64,000 nucleotides of DNA from an uncultured Acidobacteriota bacterium (GCA_963777605.1 CAVZRV010000013.1:96001-160000), one strand, 5' to 3'. Positions 51,154 to 59,599 are shown, counted from the stretch's first letter. Notes: a model not told the origin generated them from the letters alone. Numbers and translations are program-made.

Positions 51154-51170
51154 TTGGCATGGCTCCTGCA
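51154..51170 (+). promoter_or_regulatory. Sigma54 (-24/-12) promoter
   Basis: TTGGCATGGCTCCTGCA = GG-N10-GC; AT-rich IHF-like tract at ~51112-51136; next to a bEBP gene. Confidence 0.75.
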
Positions 51171-51180
51171 GTAGATGCTC

Positions 51181-51263
51181 TCGGGTCCGGGTGAGAGCGG
51201 CGGTTACCCCCAGAAACCATGCGGGAGCTGACCTCCTGCAGGCCGCTTTCTGCCCGGGCCGGA
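51181..51263 (+). ncRNA. Putative structured RNA / 5' leader
   Basis: Starts at the predicted +1; 5' TCGGGTCCGGGTGAGAGCGGC pairs with 3' GCCGCTTTCTGCCCGGGCCGGA and encloses hairpins GGTT/AACC and GCGGGAG/CTCCTGC. Confidence 0.5.
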
Positions 51264-51276
51264 ATGGAGGAGTGTC

Positions 51277-52227
51277 ATGCAGTTTCCAAAATCAGTCTTG
51301 AATCCGTTGACCCTGGGCGAGCCGATGACAAGTGATGCGCTCACGGTCTATCCCGTCCTGGGTGCTTCCGAAAGTGCCATCCAGCTGTTCGATCTCGACG
51401 AGGCCCTTGCGCAGGGTTGGATCGAGATCGGCGAGGTTTCTGAATCGGGAAACGTCCCCGAATTAGGCGTGATCAACCAGTCGCCCCATCGGGTCATCCT
51501 CTTTGACGGGGAAGAGCTCGTCGGGGCCAAGCAGAACCGGATCGTCAATGTCACGATCGTGGTCGCTCCCTTTGCCAGGCTGAGGATCCCGGTGTCGTGC
51601 GTGGAGCAGGGACGCTGGCGGTGGCACAGCCGTCACTTCGACGCGGGCGAATTTGCCTACCCGAGCCTGCGACGGGACAAGTTCGAGCGCGTCAGTCAGA
51701 ACTTGGAGATGCGGCAGGGATTTGCCGCCGACCAGGGGATGATCTGGCACGACATTGCCGCCAAGTCCGCCCGCATGGGCGTTCACAGCGAAACCGGCTC
51801 GATGCGGGACATCGGGGCGCGGCATTTCATTGATGACCGCCAGATCCAGAAGGAGATCGCGCACCAGCCCCGCCAGGTCGGCTATCTCGCCTTCATCCGG
51901 GACGGCTTCGCCGGTGGCGACATCTTCTCGTCGTCTGAAATCTCGGCGCGGAAATTTTACAAGCTGGTCCGGACATATTACCTGGACTCGCGCGATCCTG
52001 AAGCCGAGTTCCGCCCGGTCCCGGCCGATGAAGTGATGGGTCGCATCGGGAGCAGCGCGGTCGAACCGGTCGAGAGCATCGGGGAGGGAAGTGACTTCCG
52101 ATTCCGTCAGCGCGACATCCAGGGATCGCTGACCCAGGTCGGTGAGATACTGGTCCACCTGGCGGTTTTCCCCGTTGTCCGGGATGGCTTCCGGCGGCCG
52201 GCACGACCGCATTTCCGGGTTGACTGA
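51277..52227 (+). CDS. ARPP-1 / DUF6569 family protein
   Basis: RBS GGAGGAG; LDEAL, EVSESGNVPEL, DGEELVGAKQNRIVN, IPVSCVEQGRW and DQGMIW. Confidence 0.75.
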   Translation: MQFPKSVLNPLTLGEPMTSDALTVYPVLGASESAIQLFDLDEALAQGWIEIGEVSESGNVPELGVINQSPHRVILFDGEELVGAKQNRIVNVTIVVAPFARLRIPVSCVEQGRWRWHSRHFDAGEFAYPSLRRDKFERVSQNLEMRQGFAADQGMIWHDIAAKSARMGVHSETGSMRDIGARHFIDDRQIQKEIAHQPRQVGYLAFIRDGFAGGDIFSSSEISARKFYKLVRTYYLDSRDPEAEFRPVPADEVMGRIGSSAVEPVESIGEGSDFRFRQRDIQGSLTQVGEILVHLAVFPVVRDGFRRPARPHFRVD

Positions 52228-52245
52228 AACCGAAATTCGCCATAG

Positions 52246-52292
52246 CGTTCCCGGACGAGCCCCTTCAGATCAGCGGAGGGGCCCGGGAGCGC
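52246..52292 (+). other. GC-rich intergenic hairpin without U-tract
   Basis: GCGTTCCCGG...GCCCCTT / GAGGGGC CCGGGAGCGC. Confidence 0.45.
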
Positions 52293-52311
52293 TCAGGGAA
52301 AGGATTTGGAA

Positions 52312-53916
52312 ATGCCACGGACTGCACAAGGAACACTGCTCACCTTCACCGGGTTCCATGACCCCTATTCCGACGGACCCGTCGAAGGAAGCCGCCAGCC
52401 GGGCCCGATTCTGAGCCTGCTCGGAGAGCGCTCGTTTCGCCGGGTCATCCTGTTTTCAACCCCGTCCACCGTGGAAGTGACCGAAAAGACGAGGGAAGCC
52501 ATTGCCGAAGAAGAGCCGGATGTACAAGTCGCGGTTCGGCATCTCGAGCTGCCCGATCCGACCGACTATTCGTCCATTCTCCAAGAACTGCGTCGAAGCC
52601 TTCGGGATCTTGCCGCCTGGAAGCTGGGAGACGTCTTTATTGCCACGGCCTCCGGCACCCCTCAGATGCACGCCTGCTGGATCCTGCTCGTGACGTCCGG
52701 GGAACTGCCGGGTCGCCTCCTTCACGTTCGCCCACCCCGGTTCGTCAGCCGCGACGCACCCATGGTTACGGAAGTCGATCTCTCGGAGCCGGAGTTCTCC
52801 CCTCTGGTGCTCCGGGAGAGCAGCCATTTCCGTGACGTCGGCGCCGATGAACTCGACATGGAGGAGCCGTTTATGTCGGCGTTGGCCCTGCCGAGCGCAC
52901 CTTCGATTGAGCGGTCTCGCGTAGACCGGGTGATCGAAGCCACCTCGCGGCCCGAACCTGACTTGGCGGCAATTTGCGAGCAGGAAGGGATCGTCGGGGA
53001 TGATCCCGGAATGATCGATGCCGTGAGGCGGGCGGTGACCGTTGCGCCTTACGATGAGCCGGTTCTCATTTTCGGCGAAAACGGAACCGGCAAGGAGTTG
53101 ATTGCCAGGCTGATCCACCGGACGAGCCATCGTTCGGGAGGCCCCCTGGTTTCGGTGAATTGTTCGGCGATTCCGGAGGACCTGGCCGAGAGCATCCTGT
53201 TCGGACACAAGAAAGGTTCGTTTACCGGAGCCATTCAGGATGAGCAGGGGAAATTTCGGTTGGCCAATGGAGGCACGCTCTTTCTGGACGAGGTTGGAGA
53301 GCTTTCCTTTGCGATTCAGGCCAAGTTACTGAAGGCGGTTGAATATCAGGTAATTGAACCGGTGGGGGAAGGTCGAGAAAGCACAGTCGATATCCGAATT
53401 GTGACGGCGACGAACCGAAACCTGTGGGATATGGTCGGGTCTGGATCGTTCCGTAAGGACCTCTACTATCGGCTGGTCGGGGCGCTGGTTGAGGTGCCGC
53501 CGCTTCGATCACGTCGCAGTGATATCAGCAAGCTGGCGATTCATTTCCTGGAGGCGTTCTCACGACGGTACCGGACGAGGCGTCAGTTTACTACCGCGGC
53601 GTTGCGTCGCCTGCAACATCACGATTGGCCGGGCAATGTCCGCGAGCTCGGGCACGTGGTTCGGGCGGCCGCGATGCTGGCCCACAGCGGGAAGATCGAA
53701 GCCGACGACATCGAACTGCTGGCCCGAAAGCCCGACCACGATCTTCCGGAACCACACGACGGTTTTTCGGTCGAGAGGTATCTGGCCGAGGTCCGCCGCA
53801 AACTGTTCGAGCGGGCTCTGGAAATCAGTCAAGGCAACCAGGCCGCCGCGGCACGCCTGCTCGGCGTCAGCGGAGCCGCGGTGTCCAAGTTCGTGAACAA
53901 GGAACGGCCCGCGTAA
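52312..53916 (+). CDS. RtcR-like sigma54-dependent activator (CARF-type N-domain, AAA+, Fis HTH)
   Basis: LLTFTGFHDPY, DPTDY and SGTPQMHACW N-domain; GENGTGKE, ESILFGHKKGSFTGA, LFLDEVGEL, FRKDLYYRL, WPGNVREL and NQAAAARLLG. Confidence 0.88.
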   Translation: MPRTAQGTLLTFTGFHDPYSDGPVEGSRQPGPILSLLGERSFRRVILFSTPSTVEVTEKTREAIAEEEPDVQVAVRHLELPDPTDYSSILQELRRSLRDLAAWKLGDVFIATASGTPQMHACWILLVTSGELPGRLLHVRPPRFVSRDAPMVTEVDLSEPEFSPLVLRESSHFRDVGADELDMEEPFMSALALPSAPSIERSRVDRVIEATSRPEPDLAAICEQEGIVGDDPGMIDAVRRAVTVAPYDEPVLIFGENGTGKELIARLIHRTSHRSGGPLVSVNCSAIPEDLAESILFGHKKGSFTGAIQDEQGKFRLANGGTLFLDEVGELSFAIQAKLLKAVEYQVIEPVGEGRESTVDIRIVTATNRNLWDMVGSGSFRKDLYYRLVGALVEVPPLRSRRSDISKLAIHFLEAFSRRYRTRRQFTTAALRRLQHHDWPGNVRELGHVVRAAAMLAHSGKIEADDIELLARKPDHDLPEPHDGFSVERYLAEVRRKLFERALEISQGNQAAAARLLGVSGAAVSKFVNKERPA

Positions 53917-54002
53917 TCGGAGTGCGTCTGAAGCCTCGCGAGTGAAGAAGGCGACGCCCGCGGCTACGTTCGGTGACTGTGGGAGTGAACCGAGCGCAAA
54001 AG

Positions 54003-54073
54003 GCAACCTGGCAGGTTGCGCGACCTGGCAGCCTGGAAGGCCGGATTACTCTCGCAACCTGGAAGGTTGCGCT
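54003..54073. repeat. REP-like palindrome cluster
   Basis: GCAACCTGGCAGGTTGC (54003-54019) and CGCAACCTGGAAGGTTGCG (54053-54071); related copy AACCTGGAAGGTCGCGCTAC at 51016-51035. Confidence 0.65.
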
Positions 54074-54084
54074 GAGTGAGGGGG

Positions 54085-54103
54085 TATGGCGGAGAGGGTG
54101 GGA
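54085..54103. repeat. att direct repeat (duplicate of tRNA-Ser(GGA) 3' end)
   Basis: TATGGCGGAGAGGGTGGGA identical to 61099-61117. Confidence 0.85.
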
Positions 54104-54503
54104 GACTCCTGATGCAACACTGGAAAAAGCACTTAACCTATTTATAATCAATGGATAAAGGAAAAAATGAGCTGTTTGAAAGTTGATCGGTTTTGGCCTT
54201 TTTTATGCATGTGATGCAGCGTTTGACGCAGTACTGGTGCGGCTTTCCAGAGATTCGGACTGTTGCGACGCTCGGAGGCAAAACGGCGGAGAGGCATTTC
54301 TCTTCCGCCAAAAGTCCGCGGAAACCCAGGCAGACTCAGCGTTTCCCGTTTGCCAAAAACCCTCTCCGCCATCTTTTTCGGCTCTTACGACTTGACTGAA
54401 TTGCATCATTTGATTGCGCATTCAAGTCGTTTAGTTTCGTCAAGTCGGCACGACAGCTGAGAAGGGAACGCACAGCAATCCCCTTGATGTAATGATTCGC
54501 CGT

Positions 54504-54653
54504 TTGCCGAGCTATCTCGTTTTGGCGGATTCCCGGTTTTGCGTTCTGTTCGCGGTCGATTTAGAGGAAAATAATGTTCGGGTCGTGACGGCATATCGCC
54601 CGGATCCCGATGAGTGGACCGAAGACCTGAGAACAAGGAGAACCAAGAAATGA
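54504..54653 (+). pseudogene. 3' fragment of a second DUF4258 toxin
   Basis: LPSYLVLA...VLFAVDLEENNVRVVTAYRPDPDEWTEDLRTRR; no N-terminus. Confidence 0.7.
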
Positions 54654-54870
54654 AGTGTCGTGTCTGCGGAAGTCATCTGGAAGCCACGACGACAGACCTC
54701 CCGTTCAAAGTCACGGAACACACGATCGTGATCCTCAAGAAGTTGCCGGTGGCACAGTGCAAGCGATGCAGCGAATATCTGATTGAAGACACGGTCTTGA
54801 AAGAGTCGAAGAACTGTTCTCCAAGGTAGACACATCAGCTGAACTTGAAATCATCCCATTCGCTGCGTGA
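54650..54870 (+). CDS. YgiT-type zinc finger antitoxin; frameshift near 54800
   Basis: MKCRVCG...TDLPFK...LPVAQCKRCSEYLIED, then RVEELFSKVDTSAELEIIPFAA* in another frame. Confidence 0.75.
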
Positions 54871-55000
54871 TTCAAGGAATCGAGCCAACACCCAGTCGGG
54901 GGCTGCTGGGCTCCCCGGCACGTCTCTCTATCTCTGAAGTAGTGGTGATCGCCCCGTTTGTCGATGCAAAATTTGAGGCCTTCTGTCCGATAAATTGATT

Positions 55001-55019
55001 TGTCCATTAGTAATGGACA
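55001..55019. promoter_or_regulatory. Perfect inverted repeat, possible operator or recombination site
   Basis: TGTCCATTA-G-TAATGGACA. Confidence 0.4.
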
Positions 55020-55174
55020 TGCAATATTAGTGGACGTTCGCAGGCCTTGGCCCGACTTGACTAGCCACGAGCAGGCAACCTCCAATCGAGGGATTTCCGT
55101 CCGTGGATGAGCCACGGTTGAATGGCTGACAGAGGGCTCTCGACGCGGCGAATTGGCCGATTTACGATGCGTCT

Positions 55175-55764
55175 ATGCCTTACCAAACCATCACTTTTGA
55201 TCGCGAAAAGTTGTACGAGGAAGTCTGGTCGATGTCCGTCTCCCAGTTGGCTCCGAAGTACGGGTTCTCGGACGTCGGACTCGCCAAAATCTGCGAGAAG
55301 CTGAAGATCCCGAGACCCGAGCGGGGTTACTGGGCCAAGGTGCAAGCCGGGAAGGCAATGGGTGTTCGCGAGCCCTCCGAATCATGGACACCACGCTCAA
55401 GGCGCTGGAGGAACGTGGATTTGCGATGGTTCTCCGGGAAACGGAACGTGAAGGTCAGAAGTGGGAAACCCGAGTCTAGGTACTCGGGGAGAGTATTGGG
55501 ATCCGTCTCCGCGAGCGCTATCAGCAAGTCCGAAACGAAGGAAAGAACGCTTATCCAAGAGTTGAGCTGAAACGGACCGGCATCCTGGAACTCACCTATG
55601 GATACAGCTACTCGGAGACGGGGTGCCGGGATGGAAAGAAATCGCTCGAAGAGCAGCTCAATGCCTTCATGATCAAACTCATCAAGCACCTAGCAAAACG
55701 ACGAGGCGAATCGATTCGAAGTCAACGTGAGGAAGAGATCGAAGAACAGCGGCGGCAGTATTGA
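55175..55764 (+). pseudogene. Degraded island-associated HTH-type hypothetical gene
   Basis: REKLYEEVW...SDVGLAKIC..LKIPRPERGYWAK N-terminus; later LEEQLNAFM segment out of frame. Confidence 0.6.
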
Positions 55765-55819
55765 ACCGCCATCAGATGTCCAAAGTGTTCTGCTTCTTAG
55801 ATCAAGAGCCCCTTACCTC

Positions 55820-57370
55820 TCACGGTTCATGAACTCCGATGGATGGTCTTGTACCAGTCTTCAGTTCCTTGCCCCAGAAATCCTGGCCGCCGTTTTCCGC
55901 AATTGGTACACCCGCCCCAATCGCCGGAGACCCTGGTGCCAGTTTATAGCCCTCAACGCTTTCGAAACTTTTAGATCCCTTGCCCGGATCAACCAGTTTT
56001 GGGTCGTTTATCATGGCTCTCCATGCCTCAGGAATATCCTCGAAATTGCCTTTCAGCATATTCGCCTCGAACACAATGTTGTTTGATCCCCCAAAGCCCG
56101 GTTCAGTGATGAAGGTACCGTCATCAGCCTCACCTTGCTTTCTCCTGAGGCCGAATCTGTTCCGACCCATACCGTCCGAGTAGAAGATATTGTTCTGGAT
56201 AGCCACACTGGATGGCCATATACTGCCTTCGATAGTCCAGAGGAAGAGATAGGCGTCGATATCCTCCCCGATGTAGAAGAGATTATTATAGATTTGAACG
56301 TCCCGGGTCCGGCCGGCCACGTGAAACAGGCGAGCCTTGTCATTCTGACTGATGTTGTATCGAACAACCGTGTCGGAATTATCGCCGCACATCAACATGA
56401 AACCACCGTCGTTGTCGTGAGAATAGTTATACTGGAAGGTCGTATTGTAACAGAAACCATCGGTGTCGAATGCCTGTCCATCCTTGGTTCCTTTAACTCC
56501 GCTGACTTCATTGAACTGGATCACTGTATTGTCACAATTCCAGGGCCAAATCCCGGCGGCATAGTCATCACACCTTTGACGGGCGCCTTCAACCACGTTG
56601 TATTCGACGACTGCACCATCACATGACCAGATTTTGATCGCATCACCGCCGATATCCAGCAACCTGTTTTTGCGGATTACCACGTTCAAACTCGGGTACC
56701 ACTCCTCTCCACGTCCGCTTGGATAACCGGAGTATCCGCAAATGCCGTTGCGATCGGTACGTTCCAGGAGGCAGCCTTCGATAAGGAGGTCATCAAAACG
56801 GCTCAGCTTCTCTTTACCTCCAATCTGCCAGGTGATCCCATGCCCTTCACCTGAATCACGCTTTATCAGGGAGCCATTCACATCGTGGACGTGTAGATTT
56901 CGGAGGTGAATATGGTGCATGGTTCCAAAGTTCCAGGAGCGCAAACGGACTCCGTAACGGAGTTCTTCTCGCGTGGGTCCCTGATTGGTTAGCTGAAGGT
57001 TGTTCAACTCCCAGTACTCCTGGTTTTCGAGTAGTAAGGCCTCGGAGAACTTGCCCTCTGCAGCAATAACCGGCTTTTCCCCGGTGTCATACATATCAAC
57101 GAGGACAGGCGCTTCCATTGAACCGGAACCTTTCGGGCTCAATCGCCCTTGATACGCCGTTCCGGCCTGGATAAACAGACGGTCCCCGGGACCAAAAACG
57201 AAAGCATTGACTTTGTTGAGACTCTTCCAGGGACTTCTTTCGGAGAGTCCGTTGTTGCGGTCATCCCCGTTTGCACTGCTCAGATAATATGTTCGTGGCT
57301 GTTCCGTACAGGCAACAACCACAAGGGTCAGAGCTGCGATAACCAAAATCGAATATAGTTGTGATCTCAT
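55820..57370 (-). CDS. Right-handed parallel beta-helix (pectin lyase-like) lipoprotein
   Basis: VVVAC lipobox; YYLSSANGDD.N.GLS..PWKSL, AAGIWPW, DGQAFD.D, QYNYSHDNDGG and RYNISQND. Confidence 0.85.
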   Translation of the reverse strand: MRSQLYSILVIAALTLVVVACTEQPRTYYLSSANGDDRNNGLSERSPWKSLNKVNAFVFGPGDRLFIQAGTAYQGRLSPKGSGSMEAPVLVDMYDTGEKPVIAAEGKFSEALLLENQEYWELNNLQLTNQGPTREELRYGVRLRSWNFGTMHHIHLRNLHVHDVNGSLIKRDSGEGHGITWQIGGKEKLSRFDDLLIEGCLLERTDRNGICGYSGYPSGRGEEWYPSLNVVIRKNRLLDIGGDAIKIWSCDGAVVEYNVVEGARQRCDDYAAGIWPWNCDNTVIQFNEVSGVKGTKDGQAFDTDGFCYNTTFQYNYSHDNDGGFMLMCGDNSDTVVRYNISQNDKARLFHVAGRTRDVQIYNNLFYIGEDIDAYLFLWTIEGSIWPSSVAIQNNIFYSDGMGRNRFGLRRKQGEADDGTFITEPGFGGSNNIVFEANMLKGNFEDIPEAWRAMINDPKLVDPGKGSKSFESVEGYKLAPGSPAIGAGVPIAENGGQDFWGKELKTGTRPSIGVHEP

Positions 57371-57524
57371 TAATCCTCCCAGGGATTTGCCGACCTGCGG
57401 GCGGATAGAGCTTTGTCGCAAGTCAGCGCGGGCCCCCCGGTTCGACGGGGATCATTCAATGGGTGAAACTCACAGATATCGAGGCCTCTGGAATCCTTTA
57501 TTCTTTGTTCTATATTCTTTAATC

Positions 57525-57562
57525 CGACTCCTGAATTCTGCATTCTGAATTCTGACTTCTGT
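57525..57562. repeat. Heptamer tandem repeat (TTCTGAA-type)
   Basis: tcctgaa ttctgca ttctgaa ttctgac ttctg. Confidence 0.6.
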
Positions 57563-57640
57563 TCTTGAAGTTTCGGATCAGTAGATCAATGTTGTCCTCC
57601 CGAACATATTGGTTTCATGGCCATCCGGTTTTTCCTGGAC

Positions 57641-58630
57641 TTAGTTCCTGCCGTTGAGAACGCGCATTCCGGGAGGTCGGGACATCATTTCCTCGATGAG
57701 TTCGGCCATCTCGTCAGGCCGGAGTCTTGGCAGAACCAGGTGATGGTTCGCCCGGTCCACCCGGGGATTCCAGACAACCTGGCCGTCCGACTTCCGCTCC
57801 ACGCTTCCGGAATCTTCGATAGTGAAGAGTTCTGGTCTGATCACAAACAGAACAGCTACCTGGTCCCAACTGGAGCGACCTTCTGTGATCGCTGTCCCAT
57901 TTCCCCACAGCCGATAGGCTTCACGGACAGGATTCGATTCAGGAGTGAAAGGCAGCAATCGATGCCCTGTTAGAATGTCTTTTCCGGCGGGTGAAATGTA
58001 AAACGGCTTAAACCATCTTTCGAGTAGTTCTTTGCAATAGGCAGACATTCCCATTTCCTGGAAGTTCCATCCTCCCATTCCCATGGCTACCCACCTTTTC
58101 ACCTTGCTTCGCACCAGTTCTTCACCCTTGGAATCGCGCAAGAGATGGACTAGGCCATGCGGATGCCCGACAGTGCAGATCGTTACGCTCTGATTCGGCT
58201 GCGACAAGAGAATGGACTTGTAGACATCAACAAGATCGGGAGCTTGGTCCACAATGTCATGACCAAAACGTTTTGTGTCCCTGGCGATTTGTTCGGTGTA
58301 AGAATTATGATGATCTCCTACATCGGTACCCTGGTACTGACCGAGAGGGAGGTCGCCCCGCCCATAATAAGTGTTAATTGCGTCGCACGTCCCGACCCCA
58401 TAACGGTTCTTCCCGCTGCTGAAAACAACTCCCAGGATTTTCACTTCGCCTGCATCTGCCAGGGAATGCAGCACAGCCAGCGCGCCGGCATCATCGCAAT
58501 CGGAACCCATATCCGTATCGAATATCACTGCAGGAACATCCGTCTCGGCCCCATTCAGGCCCATCGGGCAGAAAAGCAGAAGCATCAGAATAGTTGATGT
58601 AAACAGATAAAATCTATCAAAAGAATTCAT
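57641..58630 (-). CDS. Nucleoside hydrolase-like (IU-NH fold) secreted protein
   Basis: Signal peptide; IFDTDMGSDCDDAGALA, INTYYG, NPVREAY and SWDQVAVL. Confidence 0.8.
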   Translation of the reverse strand: MNSFDRFYLFTSTILMLLLFCPMGLNGAETDVPAVIFDTDMGSDCDDAGALAVLHSLADAGEVKILGVVFSSGKNRYGVGTCDAINTYYGRGDLPLGQYQGTDVGDHHNSYTEQIARDTKRFGHDIVDQAPDLVDVYKSILLSQPNQSVTICTVGHPHGLVHLLRDSKGEELVRSKVKRWVAMGMGGWNFQEMGMSAYCKELLERWFKPFYISPAGKDILTGHRLLPFTPESNPVREAYRLWGNGTAITEGRSSWDQVAVLFVIRPELFTIEDSGSVERKSDGQVVWNPRVDRANHHLVLPRLRPDEMAELIEEMMSRPPGMRVLNGRN

Positions 58631-58686
58631 AACTCACTAGTAGGCGATATTTTTGAAAGAGTCAAACAGAAAAGTGCCGTCTATGA

Positions 58687-58764
58687 GAGGAGTATCTTTC
58701 TCCCCTGGCCCTGACTCAGAAGGAACCGACAGATCGTCTCGGCTGTGATGTGAAGGTTATCAAC
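58687..58764 (+). pseudogene. Internal fragment of a HigA-family antitoxin
   Basis: In-frame EEYLSPLALTQKEPTDRLGCDVKVIN resembles the HigA HTH start; unrelated sequence follows. Confidence 0.5.
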
Positions 58765-59599
58765 ACCGAGTACTTTCGCATCCGGTCCGGCGCCGTGACC
58801 GACCTCTTCTACAGCCGAGTCTCCGGCCGCCGCATCAAGACCGCCGTCTTCGTCAGCCCGCCGCTGCTTTTCAGCAAGGGAAAGAAGCACTACATGACGA
58901 TGTCTGAGCTCAACACTGCTGCAGCTGGATTTTGGCAACTCCGTTGGATATCTCTCGATTCCTTTCGTCGGCCCCGTTAATGTCGTGACGGGCAAGTGGG
59001 CGGAACGGGACTTCAATCGAATGCTTGCGGAACTGACGGCGATTGCAGGAGGTTTACCCTACTCTGCCGACTCTGCTACAGCATTACCCTATGATCGAAT
59101 CGTGGCCTCGAGAGAGGACGTTCTCTACCACGCGTTTACGTATCTACGCCACGTTCTGACGACGGACGATCCTGGTGAGCAGCTCCTCCCAGCCCTGCGA
59201 TCCATTCTTGCCGACCCCCATCGGAAGCTGTAGCAGACCCGGCAATGAGTCGGATGGGTGTCTGAGAGGGAGAGGGGTACGGCATGGGCCAGATGTCGCT
59301 GGAGCCCGAACTTCCTGAATGGCGGATAGCTCTTGGTGCCGACCCCACTGTCCGGGGATTTCTCACCAAAAGCGACTGGGAAAGATGTCTTTTCTGGTCA
59401 CTGTTCCGGAGCAACTGTCTCGTGAGCGCAATTCTCCATCGTGGCTTGCGACGTTGCCTTCCGCTTGCCGACGGTCACTGCTGACTGATTCATGGGTGGG
59501 TTCACAAACCCTATATTAAGTACCTAATAAAGGGGTCATGGACCCAGTTGGTAGATTGCCGGCACCTCGAATGCCCTAGGCCACTCCTTGTGAATTCGC

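Noticed and set aside
51181-51263. Hammerhead ribozyme or tRNA identity for the structured leader
   Set aside because: CTGA and GAAA are present but not in the CUGANGA/GAAA core arrangement; there is no T-loop or anticodon arm.
54003-54209. Palindromes at 54003-54071 as enhancers for the sigma54-like site at 54193
   Set aside because: An att junction separates them and the palindromes look like REPs, so a native UAS-promoter pairing is not supported.
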